DNA of 63,938 bases, the filler included, from Octopus bimaculoides (taxonomy: Eukaryota): the NCBI RefSeq assembly GCF_001194135.2. It is 4 parts of 3 records of this genome, joined end to end, with 100 filler letters (N's around TTAATTAATTAA, not from the genome) between each part and the next. Parts side by side here need not be neighbours in the genome. Positions count along the whole stretch, not along the records: positions 42,919 to 62,835 come from NC_069000.1; 3 more parts are not named here. The stretch is one strand, 5' to 3'. Below the pieces are notes generated by a model, which did no database searches, was not told the origin of the DNA, and saw only the letters and a program-made list of their open reading frames with translations. Position 1 is the first letter of the stretch. Each line of letters starts with the position of its first letter. The position numbers and the translations under genes were made by a program. Below are positions 50,408 through 62,835 of this stretch, piece after piece.

Positions 50408-50480
50408 GTATACAATGTCTAAATCTTCCACAGTTTTATTTATCCTGGGATTTTCCCTCCTATTCAGACTGGAAAAATTT
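50408..50480 (+). CDS. SLC35C2: SLC35C2 coding exon 4 (YTMSKSSTVLFILGFSLLFRLEKF)
   Basis: Matches human [31 protein letters not shown] acceptor, GTAAAT donor, phases 2/0. Confidence 0.93.
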
Positions 50481-51216
50481 GTAAATATTTCATTTTATTT
50501 GACTTTTTATTTCTTAGATAATCTTTCTCTATTCTATCCACAACTCTGGTTAATTTTTTTAGTAAATTCTGTTTATGATCTTTTTTATACTAAATTCTCT
50601 ACTATTTCTGTTAGACCAGCACCACATTAGTAGTAGTAGTAGTAGTAGTAGTAGTAATAATAATAATAATAATAATAATAATGATAATAATAGGTACAAG
50701 GCCTGACATTTTGGGTGAGAGGACTAGTCAATTACATTGACCCCAGTGTTTCACTGGTACATACGAGATGTCGAAATATTGTTCATTTGATAACAGTCAT
50801 ACTCTTCCTATTGTTAATAATAATAATAATAATAATCCTTTCTACTAGAAGCACAAGGCCTCAGATTTGTGGGGAGGGGACTAGTCAATTACATCAACTC
50901 CAGTGTTTCACTGGTATTTAATTTATCAACCCCGAAAGGATGAAAGGCAGAGTCGACCTTGGCAAAATTTGAACTCAGAGCGTAAGGATGGGCAGAATAC
51001 CATTAAGCATTTTGTGCAGCCTGCCGCCAATTCTTCCATATGTAAAACAATGCTTTACCTCATTAGAGATTTATAGGTTTCTGTAGTTTTCTGAAGAGAT
51101 TTTATTGAGAAATAATTTTTGTTTGATTTATATCTATATATACATGTATGTATAAATTAGCTACGATTTTTGATATTTAATATTCCACTCTTTCTGCTTG
51201 TTTCATCCTCCAATAG

Positions 51217-51385
51217 CGACCATCTCTACTTGTGGTGGTTCTCTTCATTTCCGGTGGTTTATTCCTCTTCACTTACCATTCCACTGAATTCAACCTAATT
51301 GGCTTTATACTGGTGATGACTGCGACATTTCTCTCTGGACTTCGTTGGACCCTAACACAACTGGTGGTACAAAAAGAAGGGCTGG
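51217..51385 (+). CDS. SLC35C2: SLC35C2 coding exon 5 ([56 protein letters not shown])
   Basis: Matches human [59 protein letters not shown] acceptor, GTTTGT donor, phases 0/1. Confidence 0.94.
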
Positions 51386-51624
51386 GTTTGTACTTCGCAT
51401 CATATTTTTAATCTTTTATTATTTCACTGGTTTCAATCATTGGACTGCAGCCGTGCTAGGGTACCAGTAACAGTGAGTAAATCAATGTCGATAGTCACTT
51501 CAGTCAGCTACTTATTTTATTGAACTCTATTTGTCAAACTGCTAAGTTACAGGACATGAAAGGATACAACATAAGCAACATCAATTTTGATGTCTAGGAT
51601 AAAAACACAGACATACACAAATTT

Positions 51625-52110
51625 TCTCAAACGTCTAAGAGGATCTTTAGAGGTGGTAAATAGTTTCTGTCATCTAAGTGGCCTAATTAGCAGTGACCTA
51701 ATTAGTAGTGGAGGAAGATGTCTTGAAAGTATCGGTGTCAGAAGAAGAACCAGCTGGAGAAAGTTCAGAGAGTTGTTACTTCTGTCGGTCACAAAAGGTT
51801 TTTTTGTCTCAGAATGAAAGTCAGATCGTCTGATGCTTGTGTATGAATAGCATTATTGCATGGTAGTGAAAGGTAGGCTGTGAATGCAGAGTACTTGCAG
51901 ACTAGAAAGGAATGAAGTTAGCATGCTCTACTGGTTGTGCAATGTAAGATGAAGTGAAGATGTCTTTAAAAATATCAGACTTAGTGTGCAAAAGAAAAGG
52001 TTGTATCATTATGGTCATGTAATGGATGAAGATAGCTGCCTCCTCAATAAGTGCCAATCACTAAATGTGGATGGAACCTGTGGAAGAAGAAGAAGACCCA
52101 GGAAGACATT
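51625..52110 (+). mobile_element. Decayed RTE LINE RT fragment
   Basis: LEVVNSFCHL..SGGRCLESIGVRRRTSWRKFRELL, continuing with frameshifts to GTCGRRR. Confidence 0.82.
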
Positions 52111-52191
52111 TATGCCAAAGTAGTATTGCAGTGAAACAAATATCGTAACCATAGCAATAACAGATGTTTTTGTCTTATTTTTTCATTTCAG

Positions 52192-52275
52192 GTTTAAGAA
52201 ACCCCCTTGATATGATGTTTCATATTGAACCGTGGATGATCATCAGCCTTTTACCATTGTCGGCTTCATTCGAAG
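52192..52275 (+). CDS. SLC35C2: SLC35C2 coding exon 6 (GLRNPLDMMFHIEPWMIISLLPLSASFEG)
   Basis: Matches human [35 protein letters not shown] acceptor, GTTTGT donor, phases 1/1. Confidence 0.94.
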
Positions 52276-52412
52276 GTTTGTTCTGATCTCCTCCCTCCAA
52301 ATTATTTTTAACAACTAAATCTTATATGGACCACAGCTTTTACAAATAGAATAATAAGTATTTCATCTTTTTTACTCGTGGGTTGATGTATTTTTTGTTT
52401 TGAATTTTGTAG

Positions 52413-52588
52413 GTTTGAGAATCGTCAGCACAAAACAGTTTTTCCGATATGAACATATATCTGTGGCCTTGAAGAACTGTGGTTGGGCATTAATTGGTGC
52501 CATACTTGCCTTCTTTATGGAAATAGCTGAGTTTCTCCTGATTAGTAACACTTCTAGTCTTACTCTTTCAATTGCAGGAATTTTCAAG
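52413..52588 (+). CDS. SLC35C2: SLC35C2 coding exon 7 (...[28 protein letters not shown])
   Basis: [20 protein letters not shown] is nearly identical to human [27 protein letters not shown] acceptor, GTAAAC donor, phases 1/0. Confidence 0.95.
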
Positions 52589-53605
52589 GTAAACCCTTTG
52601 AAATTTTAAAAACCTTTTGTTGCCTTATTTCTGTTGAAATATTCTACTTTTGTTTCAGTCAGTTTTAAAGACAATGAAGAATTCAGGGAAATAATTGTGT
52701 TTTTATTGAGTTGGTGTTTGGAACCTAGGACTGTAAAGGTCTTACTCACACAGCTATGCTTAAACCTGCAATTTTCTGTTAAGAAAATGCCATTTTTTCT
52801 CATGTGAACCAATAAAATCTTTGTTCAGGCCATGATACAGACCAGGTTATAGTCCTGAATCACCATGAGGAGTGTAGAATCTAATATTCCAAGACGTTAT
52901 CCTTCATTGGAGAATAAGGAAAAGAGAAAACGTTTTTCTTGAAGCAAAGTCAAGATTTGAAACATTAGACCCTTCATTCGTCAATGGCATGTTGATTTTA
53001 TCAACTTCTAAGAAACCCCACATTAAATTTTGTTTTACTGCTCAGTCCAAAAGGAAAGGCAGTGTCTATTATCCTTTATTCTTCAGAGTCTATGAAACTG
53101 ATGTGTATGGGAGGAAGAGGCTATCCTCAAACCAGACACTTTGCTTGAATATCGTATTTTCCTGCATACAAGTCTACAGAATGTACAGTATAAACATGTT
53201 GTGTAAATATTCCAATGTCATCGTCACTAAACTTTACAAATTCTCTTGCATTTGACGGAGAATTACCAGTCATCTGGAATCGTTTTGGTATATAAGTTGA
53301 CCCACCTTTTTTGGGGCTGTGAATTTTGGTCTGAAAAATAGAACTTGGATGCTGGAAAATATGGTAATTGCAACAGACTAAACTTTATTAAAGATACCTA
53401 AGGATCAATAGTGGTGTCTGAAGGGACCAGAACAAACACCAGAAGGTATCTCGTCTGTTACTCTAAGAATTAATTCTACTCCTGGACTCTGACTTCATTT
53501 CATTGAATCTCTAATGGCTGAGTTGACCCCAGTTTTGTTTCATATTTTTTAAACATAATTAATCAGTCAGTAGTTTCTAATTTGCTCTTCTGCCTCTCTT
53601 TGTAG

Positions 53606-53729
53606 GAAATAATTGTACTCTTTTTAGCTGCTGAAATCAACGGTGACCATATTTCCATTCTAAATGCTGTGGGATTTATCATTTGTTTATGCGGAATGTG
53701 TTTCCATATATTTTTAAAGAATCATCAGA
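53606..53729 (+). CDS. SLC35C2: SLC35C2 coding exon 8 (EIIVLFLAAEINGDHISILNAVGFIICLCGMCFHIFLKNHQ)
   Basis: Matches human [41 protein letters not shown] acceptor, GTAAGT donor, phases 0/1. Confidence 0.93.
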
Positions 53730-55369
53730 GTAAGTATAGAATTTCGTTTAGAAAACTGCACTGATTAAACGCAAAAATATTTATAAAAAAAAAATCCAGA
53801 ACCAAAGAGAACTGGCAAGAACTATTTTCATATCATTGTTTGGACATAGAATTTTATCTATTTTTTTGGTTTGGAATAACTATATATTTTAACCATTTTG
53901 TTACCATATTTCTGTTGAAATACACTATTTTTGTTTCAATTTTGAAACGAATGAAAAATTTAGTCAAAATGACATTTTATTATTGTTATTAAGCTGGTGT
54001 TTGGAACATAAAATTAACATGGAATTTTGAAGGAAGATTTCCAGTTAGGTCATATTGAACCTAAAATTTGTATCGTAAAGCCAGGTGTGATCTCAGGTGA
54101 TATCAAAAAGAGTTGATCTCAAGGACATTATTTTAATTGAAAAACATCAAATGTCTTATAGTTACCATTCTCTCCTTTTATTTTAACGTTAATTGTTTCT
54201 TGGTTAACATTTACCAAATTCCAAATGAAACATCTTGTGTGTGTTTCATCCAGGTAAAGCTGGAGTTCAAGGAAGTCACGATTAAGTGATATGCAGATGA
54301 ATCCAACCATGAAGTACCTAGGACAGTGTTCCTTACCATTGTCTTGGGTTGACCAAAACCTCTTTTTGGCTCCCATTTTACTCTCCTGGGCCCTCCATAT
54401 CCATAAAGAATATTTTTATAATTAAATATTATTATTATTATTATTATTATGGTGGTAAGCTGGCAGAAACGTTAGCATACCAGGCGAAATGCTTAGTGGT
54501 ATTTCGTCTGGTTTTATGTTCTGAGTTCAAATTCCACCGAGGTTGACTTTACCTTTCATTCTTTCGGGGTCGATGAATTAAGTACCAGTTGTGCACTGGG
54601 GTCGATCAAATCGACTGGCCCGCTTCCCCAAAATTTCGGGCCTTGTGCCTAGAGTTGAAAAGAATATTAGGATTTGTAGAAAAAAATTGTTAAAATATTT
54701 TGTGTATTATAGAAATTTAACCAATTCATTGTACACAAATTTTAATGACAAAATCTTGTATGCCCGCCACCCCCACCCTCAAGGGTCATGTGAACCCTGG
54801 TGGAGAACTGTCCCTATATGAAGAGAAGGACTGATCACTGTAAATTAAATAAAATATTCATTAATTTTGTAGTGTTACTACTGCTTGTATCAAGTGACAC
54901 CTATCTACAACTAGGTGAACTGGGCCTTTTAGTGTAAACTGACACAAAGACAAACCCCAAACCCCTTTTTTTCCTTCTCTTTTATTGGTTTCAATCCTTG
55001 GATGCCACCCCAATGGTTTTGGCTAATTATTTATGTATATAAGTGTATTTATTATATTTATATGTTCACTATATCTGTATGAAGTAAATAATGAAATCAT
55101 ATATATATGTATGTATCTATGTAAGTATTCATTTATTAATTCATTTATTTATTTTAATTAATTATTTATTTATTTCTTTATTAAGAAAATGGAGGTAATC
55201 AGAATTTTGGACAATTATTTTTTTATGAGCGCTTTCATTCTGTTTCTGTCTGAGACTCATCCGATGAGTGTTGGAAGCGAATGAGATGAAAACGCAAATC
55301 AATAATTATCCAAAATTCTGACGACTTCCTTTTCTTTACTATACAACATCTGTATAACACTTCAAACAA

Positions 55370-55545
55370 TCTATACATTCACACACACATACACACACAC
55401 ACACACACACATCTATACATTCACACACACACACATCTATACATTCACACACACACACACATCTATACATTCACACACACACAAATCTATACATTCACAC
55501 ACACACAAATCTATACATTCACACACACACACACACACACACACA
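55370..55545. repeat. Minisatellite of ~24-26-bp ATCTATACATT(CA)n units (about 6 copies)
   Basis: Directly visible tandem units. Confidence 0.9.
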
Positions 55546-55723
55546 TGCCAGCATGGAAAGCAGACATTGAAGGACGATGATCATAATCACAATCTCACTA
55601 ATTACTTCACGTTCTGGAATTTATCTCATTTAATGCTTTTCTCTGCCAATCATCATCATCATCATCATCGTTGTTTAACATCTGCCTTCCATGCTGGCAT
55701 GGGTGATATATATATATCAGCTA

Positions 55724-55959
55724 ATAAATACAATACACATTTTTATGAGCTACTAATAGTTTCATGTGATGAAAACATCTCAGACAGCATTCTTTAACGT
55801 ATCTGGTACCTTCATGCAGTCCTCAGTATTAGCTTGTTATGCCATGTGGGCTGAGTCCGAGGATTGCATGGAGGTACCAGATATATTAAAATATGCTGTC
55901 TGAGATGTTTTTATTGCATGAAACTATTAGTAGCTTATAAAAATATATATTGTGTTTAT
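55724..55959. repeat. Imperfect fold-back with ~100-bp arms, SLC35C2 intron 8
   Basis: ATGAGCTACTAATAGTTTCATG...TGGTACCTTCATGCAGTCCTC versus GAGGATTGCATGGAGGTACCA...CATGAAACTATTAGTAGCTTAT. Confidence 0.88.
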
Positions 55960-56664
55960 CAATAATATTTATCTCTCACCAGATGGAGTACTTATTGATA
56001 TCTTTTTTAAATTTCTAATTATATATACATATATATAATGGCATTGAGTAGTGAGAATGAGTGTTCAACATTGCATATGGAGGATAAATATTATTTATTT
56101 GCAGGTTAACAATGCTACCAATGGTTTCATGTGAAGAGAATTTACACAGTTTTTTAGTGGGGATCACTTGAAAATTGTGAAATTTCTACTGCATAAAACT
56201 ATTGGTAGCATCATTAACCCCTAAAATAAAGTGTTATGTGTGTGTGTGTGTGTAGAGGTGCGTGGCTTAGTGGTTAAGGTGTTGGACTTATGATCAAAAG
56301 ATTGTGATTTTGATTCCTGGACTGGGCAATGTGTTGTGTTCTTAAGCAAAACACTTCATTTCACATTGCCTATTTACGTGGTAAATATATTTTTAAAAAT
56401 AGTTTATGTGGTAAGCCTAGCTGATGAGTTTTGAGTGTCTTTCAGCACAGAAAGTGAAATCAGTTGATACTGGAATATCTACTCTCCTCTTTGTAGTTTT
56501 ACAAATGGGGACCACTATTTTTTTAGTATATTTGCAACATTTTCCGTGTGTGTTTACGTATAGTGAGAGACGCGAGGCTTTGGAGAGTTTTAACTCTTCT
56601 TTCTAGCAAACAGGTGCATATTGTATCCTGACTTTTAATATATATATGTATGTGTGTGTGTATA

Positions 56665-57563
56665 TCATCATCATCATCATCATCATCGTTTAACGTCCNN
56701 NNNNNNNNNNNNNNNNNNNNNNNNNNNNNNNNNNNNNNNNNNNNNNNNNNNNNNNNNNNNNNNNNNNNNNNNNNNNNNNNNNNNNNNNNNNNNNNNNNNN
56801 NNNNNNNNNNNNNNNNNNNNNNNNNNNNNNNNNNNNNNNNNNNNNNNNNNNNNNNNNNNNNNNNNNNNNNNNNNNNNNNNNNNNNNNNNNNNNNNNNNNN
56901 NNNNNNNNNNNNNNNNNNNNNNNNNNNNNNNNNNNNNNNNNNNNNNNNNNNNNNNNNNNNNNNNNNNNNNNNNNNNNNNNNNNNNNNNNNNNNNNNNNNN
57001 NNNNNNNNNNNNNNNNNNNNNNNNNNNNNNNNNNNNNNNNNNNNNNNNNNNNNNNNNNNNNNNNNNNNNNNNNNNNNNNNNNNNNNNNNNNNNNNNNNNN
57101 NNNNNNNNNNNNNNNNNNNNNNNNNNNNNNNNNNNNNNNNNNNNNNNNNNNNNNNNNNNNNNNNNNNNNNNNNNNNNNNNNNNNNNNNNNNNNNNNNNNN
57201 NNNNNNNNNNNNNNNNNNNNNNNNNNNNNNNNNNNNNNNNNNNNNNNNNNNNNNNNNNNNNNNNNNNNNNNNNNNNNNNNNNNNNNNNNNNNNNNNNNNN
57301 NNNNNNNNNNNNNNNNNNNNNNNNNNNNNNNNNNNNNNNNNNNNNNNNNNNNNNNNNNNNNNNNNNNNNNNNNNNNNNNNNNNNNNNNNNNNNNNNNNNN
57401 NNNNNNNNNNNNNNNNNNNNNNNNNNNNNNNNNNNNNNNNNNNNNNNNNNNNNNNNNNNNNNNNNNNNNNNNNNNNNNNNNNNNNNNNNNNNNNNNNNNN
57501 NNNNNNNNNNNNNNNNNNNNNNNNNTTCTAGCAGCTACACTTTCAGCGCACCCACCCCCACTA
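56665..57563 (-). mobile_element. RTE LINE copy, mostly in an N gap (SLC35C2 intron 8)
   Basis: (TCA)n-GTTTAACGTCC 3' end at 56665-56698 and the same 5' RT sequence as the 44398 copy at 57526-57563. Confidence 0.75.
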
Positions 57564-58622
57564 CTAACTTATATATATATATATATGGATGTATGTATTC
57601 GGATATAGATAAAAATATTTACTCTTTTAAAACTTGTTAAAAGTAAATTTTTTCATTTTTTTAATATATATATCTTTTGAGAAAAAATATACAGATTGAA
57701 ATGTAGACCAATATACAGCATACCTGAGCTGTGTATACTATAAGTTTATCATTAATATTATTATTATTGTTATTAGCAGTATTTTCCCCATAGCTCAATG
57801 TCTCCATTGAGCAACCATATCCCGACACCCAGAAACGGTCCCCCCCCCCGTCTCTCTCTTCATCGGCCAAACTCAAATTTTTCACTGACTTCTTCCTTTC
57901 TGTTCATTTTTGCCAGTTTCACAAATATTGATTTCAAACATAGGCATGTAGTCTATAGGATACAGTGTTAAACTCATGATTACAATGTCACAGGTTCCAT
58001 TCCTGGATTAGGCACTACTTTGTATCCTCAAGCAAGGCACACCATGAAGGCCCCATGACATAGTGGTTAAGGCTTGGACTCAAGATGATAAAGTTGTGGA
58101 CTTGATTCTTGGACTGATTGCTACATTGCGTCCTTGAGCAAGGTACTTCACTTCATGTTGCTCCAGTCTACTCCCCTGTAAATGGGTCCCAGCTGAGTGT
58201 TGGTCCTGCTCTCTCCTTCCAGATTTAATGTTCCACTGCAACAAAAGGCAGGAGGTCTCAGAAAGTGTCTCTGTGGCTGCTTGCAGATACATTGGCACTT
58301 GAAACACTTGGCATGCATGTTAACTCATAGCTGTCACTCACAGAGGAAAGACAGCTATGGGACCTAGTAGATGATATCAACCCCAGTAGACAACAGGTAT
58401 TTATTTTAATCACCTCCCCTCCCTTCCTCCAGAAAAGGGAAAAGTAAAGTTGACCCGCAACAAGATTTCATCTCTGATTATAAAAGCATGCAACTTGATA
58501 CTACAAAGTAATTTGTGTGTCACGTGATTGACTTTATCAACTGCCTTGTAAATATTAACGCTGCTGTTTCTGAAATATACATTGTTTTTTTTCTTCTCTC
58601 TCTCTCTCCCGCTTCCTTACAG

Positions 58623-58741
58623 GATATGAGGACACAAACAAGGTTGAAGAATTAAACGAGGAAGCAATCCAAATGCTAGATTCTCACGGTGATGCAAACA
58701 CAAGTTCTGATGAGGAAACTCATTTCTCAAATCCGCCTTGA
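58623..58741 (+). CDS. SLC35C2: SLC35C2 last coding exon (YEDTNKVEELNEEAIQMLDSHGDANTSSDEETHFSNPP*)
   Basis: Long polypyrimidine tract plus TTACAG acceptor. Phase 1 matches exon 8 (A|GA). Acidic cytosolic tail as in SLC35C2; TGA at 58739-58741. Confidence 0.8.
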
Positions 58742-59203
58742 AGTTTTCTCAAAAGAGAACAGGAAGAAAGCTCTAATCTGTATACTTTCTGATTGTATTT
58801 TTCTCTCAGCAAAGTAGACTTGTTGCATGGTAGAGTATTTTGAAGGGAAATTCTCTGTTAGGAGATGAATAATTGAATCATTCATCTGTCTTTTACATTT
58901 GAAGACAAAGAAAGAATCAAAAATTGCTTTGAACATAGTTTTTTTGTAATCAGCTCTATTTTAAGAGCTGTACATCCATACATAAACATTATACATACAT
59001 GCATACATACGCACATGCACACACATATATATACATGTAATATATGCAAGTAAATATATACAGCTATATATATATATATATATATCATTATCATTTAATG
59101 GACATTAAATCATGATATATATATTTATATATATATGCATATATGTGTGTGTGTATATATATATGTATGTATGTATATGTGTGTATATATATGTATGTGT
59201 GTG

Positions 59204-59244
<41 letters not shown>

Positions 59245-60348
59245 NNNNNNNNNNNNNNNNNNNNNNNNNNNNNNNNNNNNNNNNNNNNNNNNNNNNNNNN
59301 NNNNNNNNNNNNNNNNNNNNNNNNNNNNNNNNNNNNNNNNNNNNNNNNNNNNNNNNNNNNNNNNNNNNNNNNNNNNNNNNNNNNNNNNNNNNNNNNNNNN
59401 NNNNNNNNNNNNNNNNNNNNNNNNNNNNNNNNNNNNNNNNNNNNNNNNNNNNNNNNNNNNNNNNNNNNNNNNNNNNNNNNNNNNNNNNNNNNNNNNNNNN
59501 NNNNNNNNNNNNNNNNNNNNNNNNNNNNNNNNNNNNNNNNNNNNNNNNNNNNNNNNNNNNNNNNNNNNNNNNNNNNNNNNNNNNNNNNNNNNNNNNNNNN
59601 NNNNNNNNNNNNNNNNNNNNATGTCTGTATATATAATTAAAAATAAAGAAGTCTGATGAGAATGTTAATTGATTTTTAATTCCATCAACCAAATATATTG
59701 TCCAGGACTAGTGTCTGGCATTACAATATTTATTGAAATATTGCCAATTCTTGTAAATATTTCAAGTTCACCATTATTTTCCTGATGTCAGTTGAAAGAC
59801 CTGGGAAAATGAAAGTAAAGTCTTTCCCCTTTTATTGTTAATTCTGTGTAAGGCAATCAAACCATGACTTAATGCTGAAATGAAGGAAGGAAGTATCAGT
59901 GTGGTCAGCTCTGGACTGTTCAGTCAATTTGTTTTATATTTGTAAGGATTCTGAGGCACATGGTGGAGTAGAGGCACAGGGTTGAGGCAGAGAGCTGCAG
60001 AAGTGTTAGAACCTCAGGCAAAATGCTTAGTGGCATTTCTTCCAGCTGTATGTTCTGTGTTCAAATTCTGCTGAGGTCGACTTTACCTTTCACCCTTTGG
60101 TGGGGTGGGGGGGTCGATAAAATTGGTACCAGTTGAGTACAGGGGTTGGTGTCATTGACAAGCTCCCTTTCCCCCCAAATTTCAGGTTTTATATCAAAAT
60201 TAGAAAGAATTCTGAAACCATTGTGCAGTCAACTCCACTGTTGTTGTTGGCACTCGTTAACCCTGGGTCAACCATAATCAAGCAGAACTGTGATCAAAGG
60301 CATTCTAGCCATGATAATCCGGTCTCTTTAGTGTGTATGTGTGACCAA

Positions 60349-60388
<40 letters not shown>

Positions 60389-60764
60389 TTCGTAAGGTAG
60401 TATCTTTATTCTATGACATAAGAAGGTGGTGTGCGTGTGTGGGGGGAGTACATGTTTGTATGTGTGTGTGTGTTTATGTATTGGGTCTACTGCGTACAGA
60501 GATTATACATGTGTGTATGTATCCACACTGTACATAACTTATGTATGTGGATGTATGATGTACATAGTTGATGTGTGTGTGTGTGTTTCACAGACTACAT
60601 GGCTGCCATATGGAGCCGATATTGTTGACCCCACCCACTTGTATCAAGGCAGATCTGTATGTATAATTATTATCTGAGTGTGTGTGTGTCTATGGATGTA
60701 TGGTGTATGTAACTGATCTGATCGGCATTGTATGCCGTTGATATGTACAAGAGTGTACAGTGAA

Positions 60765-61080
60765 GGCATGTAGCTTGGTGTTTAGAGTATTCAGCTCATG
60801 ATCGCAAGGTTGTGTGTTCAATTCCTGGCAGTGTGTTGTGTGTCCTTGAGTAAGACACTTTACGTTACTCCAGTCCACTCAGCTGGCAAAAGTGAGTAGC
60901 ACCAGTAATTCAAAGGGTCAGCCTTGCCACACTCTGTATCACACTGAATCTCCATGAGAATTATGTTAAGAGTACACGTGTCTGTGGAGTACTCAGCCAC
61001 TTGCATGTTGATTTCACATGTAAGCTGTTCCATTGATCAGATCGACTGGAACACTCATTGGTGTAACGAACAAACTGCCA
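60765..61080 (+). mobile_element. Family C tRNA-derived SINE (GTCCTTGAGYAAGACACTT core)
   Basis: tRNA-like head with GGTT..GTTCAATTCC B box. Related pieces at 5130-5410 (-), 32590-32820 (-), 35195-35270 (-), 41055-41230, 56255-56370 and 58060-58190. Confidence 0.75.
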
Positions 61081-62599
61081 ATTAACAGTGTACAAAACTG
61101 ATATATATGTTTCCACAATGCCTGGAAGCCACTTGTAGCAGAGTTTCGGTAAGTAGATTCCTGTTACATGAAATCACAGAATGGGAGGGGTGGGAGTGCA
61201 GAGCTATGGTACACATTAATGTTTAGGTTTAAACTACCACTGCACTGGTTCAGTAACCACCACCACCACCACCATCTGGTTCATGGATGTTTTTAGTAGA
61301 TTCTAGTCTTGCAAAACATTCACACCAAATCATTAATTGATAATAAATTGCTTCCAACTTGAAGAGTCAATGAATCAGTCTTCCCCACCCTCTCCACACA
61401 CTTCTAGTCTTGGAATTCTTACAATAAATGTCCCAAGAGGTATTTTTTTTTCATTTAAGAAACTACCAGGGAATCATTTTTTGCTTTTTGTTCCTTTTGT
61501 TTCTTTTTTGTATCATTGACTCATTATCTAAGCTGACATTTCAATTGTCGATCTGCGATGGCCAGAATATATTTTCTTAGCACAAATCTTCATTCTTTCT
61601 GACATTCTTTGATCTCTTCAAGTCTTTTGAAATAATTCATTGTTTCTTTCATTTTACCAAAATCCTCTGCAAAATGTGCCAAATGAAGAACTGGAGACAT
61701 TTGTGGATTGGCAAAAATGATTAACAGAAAATGGATTAAATGCCTTGCTGTCTTTCGTTAAATCACTTTGTGTTTATTCTGTGGCCAAGTATGGGACTCA
61801 AGTACTCGTTTACTACATCCCCCACCCCATGTTTGTCTTTGTTTCCAATTTTAAACATTTGTTATCAGAGACTTCACTCTCGTTTGTTATCTGAATTTTT
61901 CTTGTTTTTGCATGTTTATATATTTGTTTTGTTTGTTTTGTTTCTTCAACTGAAACCAAAATAAATTTCACAACAAAGTCATTGTCTTGTGTAAATTGTT
62001 ACAGAATATTGAAAAATAAAAAAACTAATAAAAATTAAAAATAATAAAGTTTTATAAATCTTTGTCAAAATAAAGTGACTAATTGCATTGGACAATTTAA
62101 AAAAATTTTCTGTTGCATACGATTTTTTTTTTACTGATTCTATCTGTGTTTTTGTGTTAATTTCAAATTTGTAATCAGTTTTGCTCAAGTTGCCCGAGTT
62201 TTCTTGCAATTTGAATATATATATATAAAGGAATACAAAAAATGGGACAAGAACGGAAAACATCCAGACAGGTGATACAAAAAAAGGGACGAGAAAAAAC
62301 AAGGACGGGTCATTTGGAGTTTTCTTTCCTCAGTCGAGTTCCAGATTATCTTTGCAGTTTCGGCTGGTTATACTCGAGATTGCTCCAATCTGACCATCCC
62401 CAAAGAAAAACTAAGTTAAGAGCACTAGATTCCTTGGAAGAAAGCAGTGAATGTGTATGAAAACAAGGACAGAAAAAAAAATGGAGAAATGGTACACAAT
62501 TACAAATACAAGCAACAGGACATCAACAACTGGTGTCTTTCGACCAAGGACGAATGAAATTAAGCTGGCGTGTGTGGGAGTGAAGCCTTACGGATATAT

Positions 62600-62835
62600 A
62601 TCATCATCATCATCATCATCATCGTTTAACGTCCGCTTTCCATGCTAGCATGGGTTGGACGATTTGACTGAGGACTGGTGAAACCGGATGGCAACACCAG
62701 GCTTCAGTCTAATTTGGCAGAGTTTCTACAGCTGGATGCCCTTCCTAACGCCAACCACTCAGAGAGTGTAGTGGGTGCTTTTACGTGTCACCTGCACGAA
62801 AACGGCCACGCTCGAAATGGTGTCTTTTATGTGCC
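62600..62835 (-). mobile_element. Young RTE LINE 3' end
   Basis: Nearly identical to 43575-43781, with a (TCA)n tail. Confidence 0.9.

Noticed and set aside
52606-52812. Possible hAT dimerisation-domain remnant (SCVSKTFTVL)
   Set aside because: Similarity is too weak to support.
52930-52975. GAAACATTAGAC preceded by a short stem
   Set aside because: No recognisable CUGANGA core.
17745-59692. Long ORFs of 130-475 aa in the ORF track
   Set aside because: They run through N gaps and dinucleotide microsatellites (poly-X, YIYI, CVCV, HTHT); not genes.
62290-62400. CTGAGGA and GCCGAAAC motifs on the minus strand as a hammerhead
   Set aside because: The order and spacing do not give three pairing stems.
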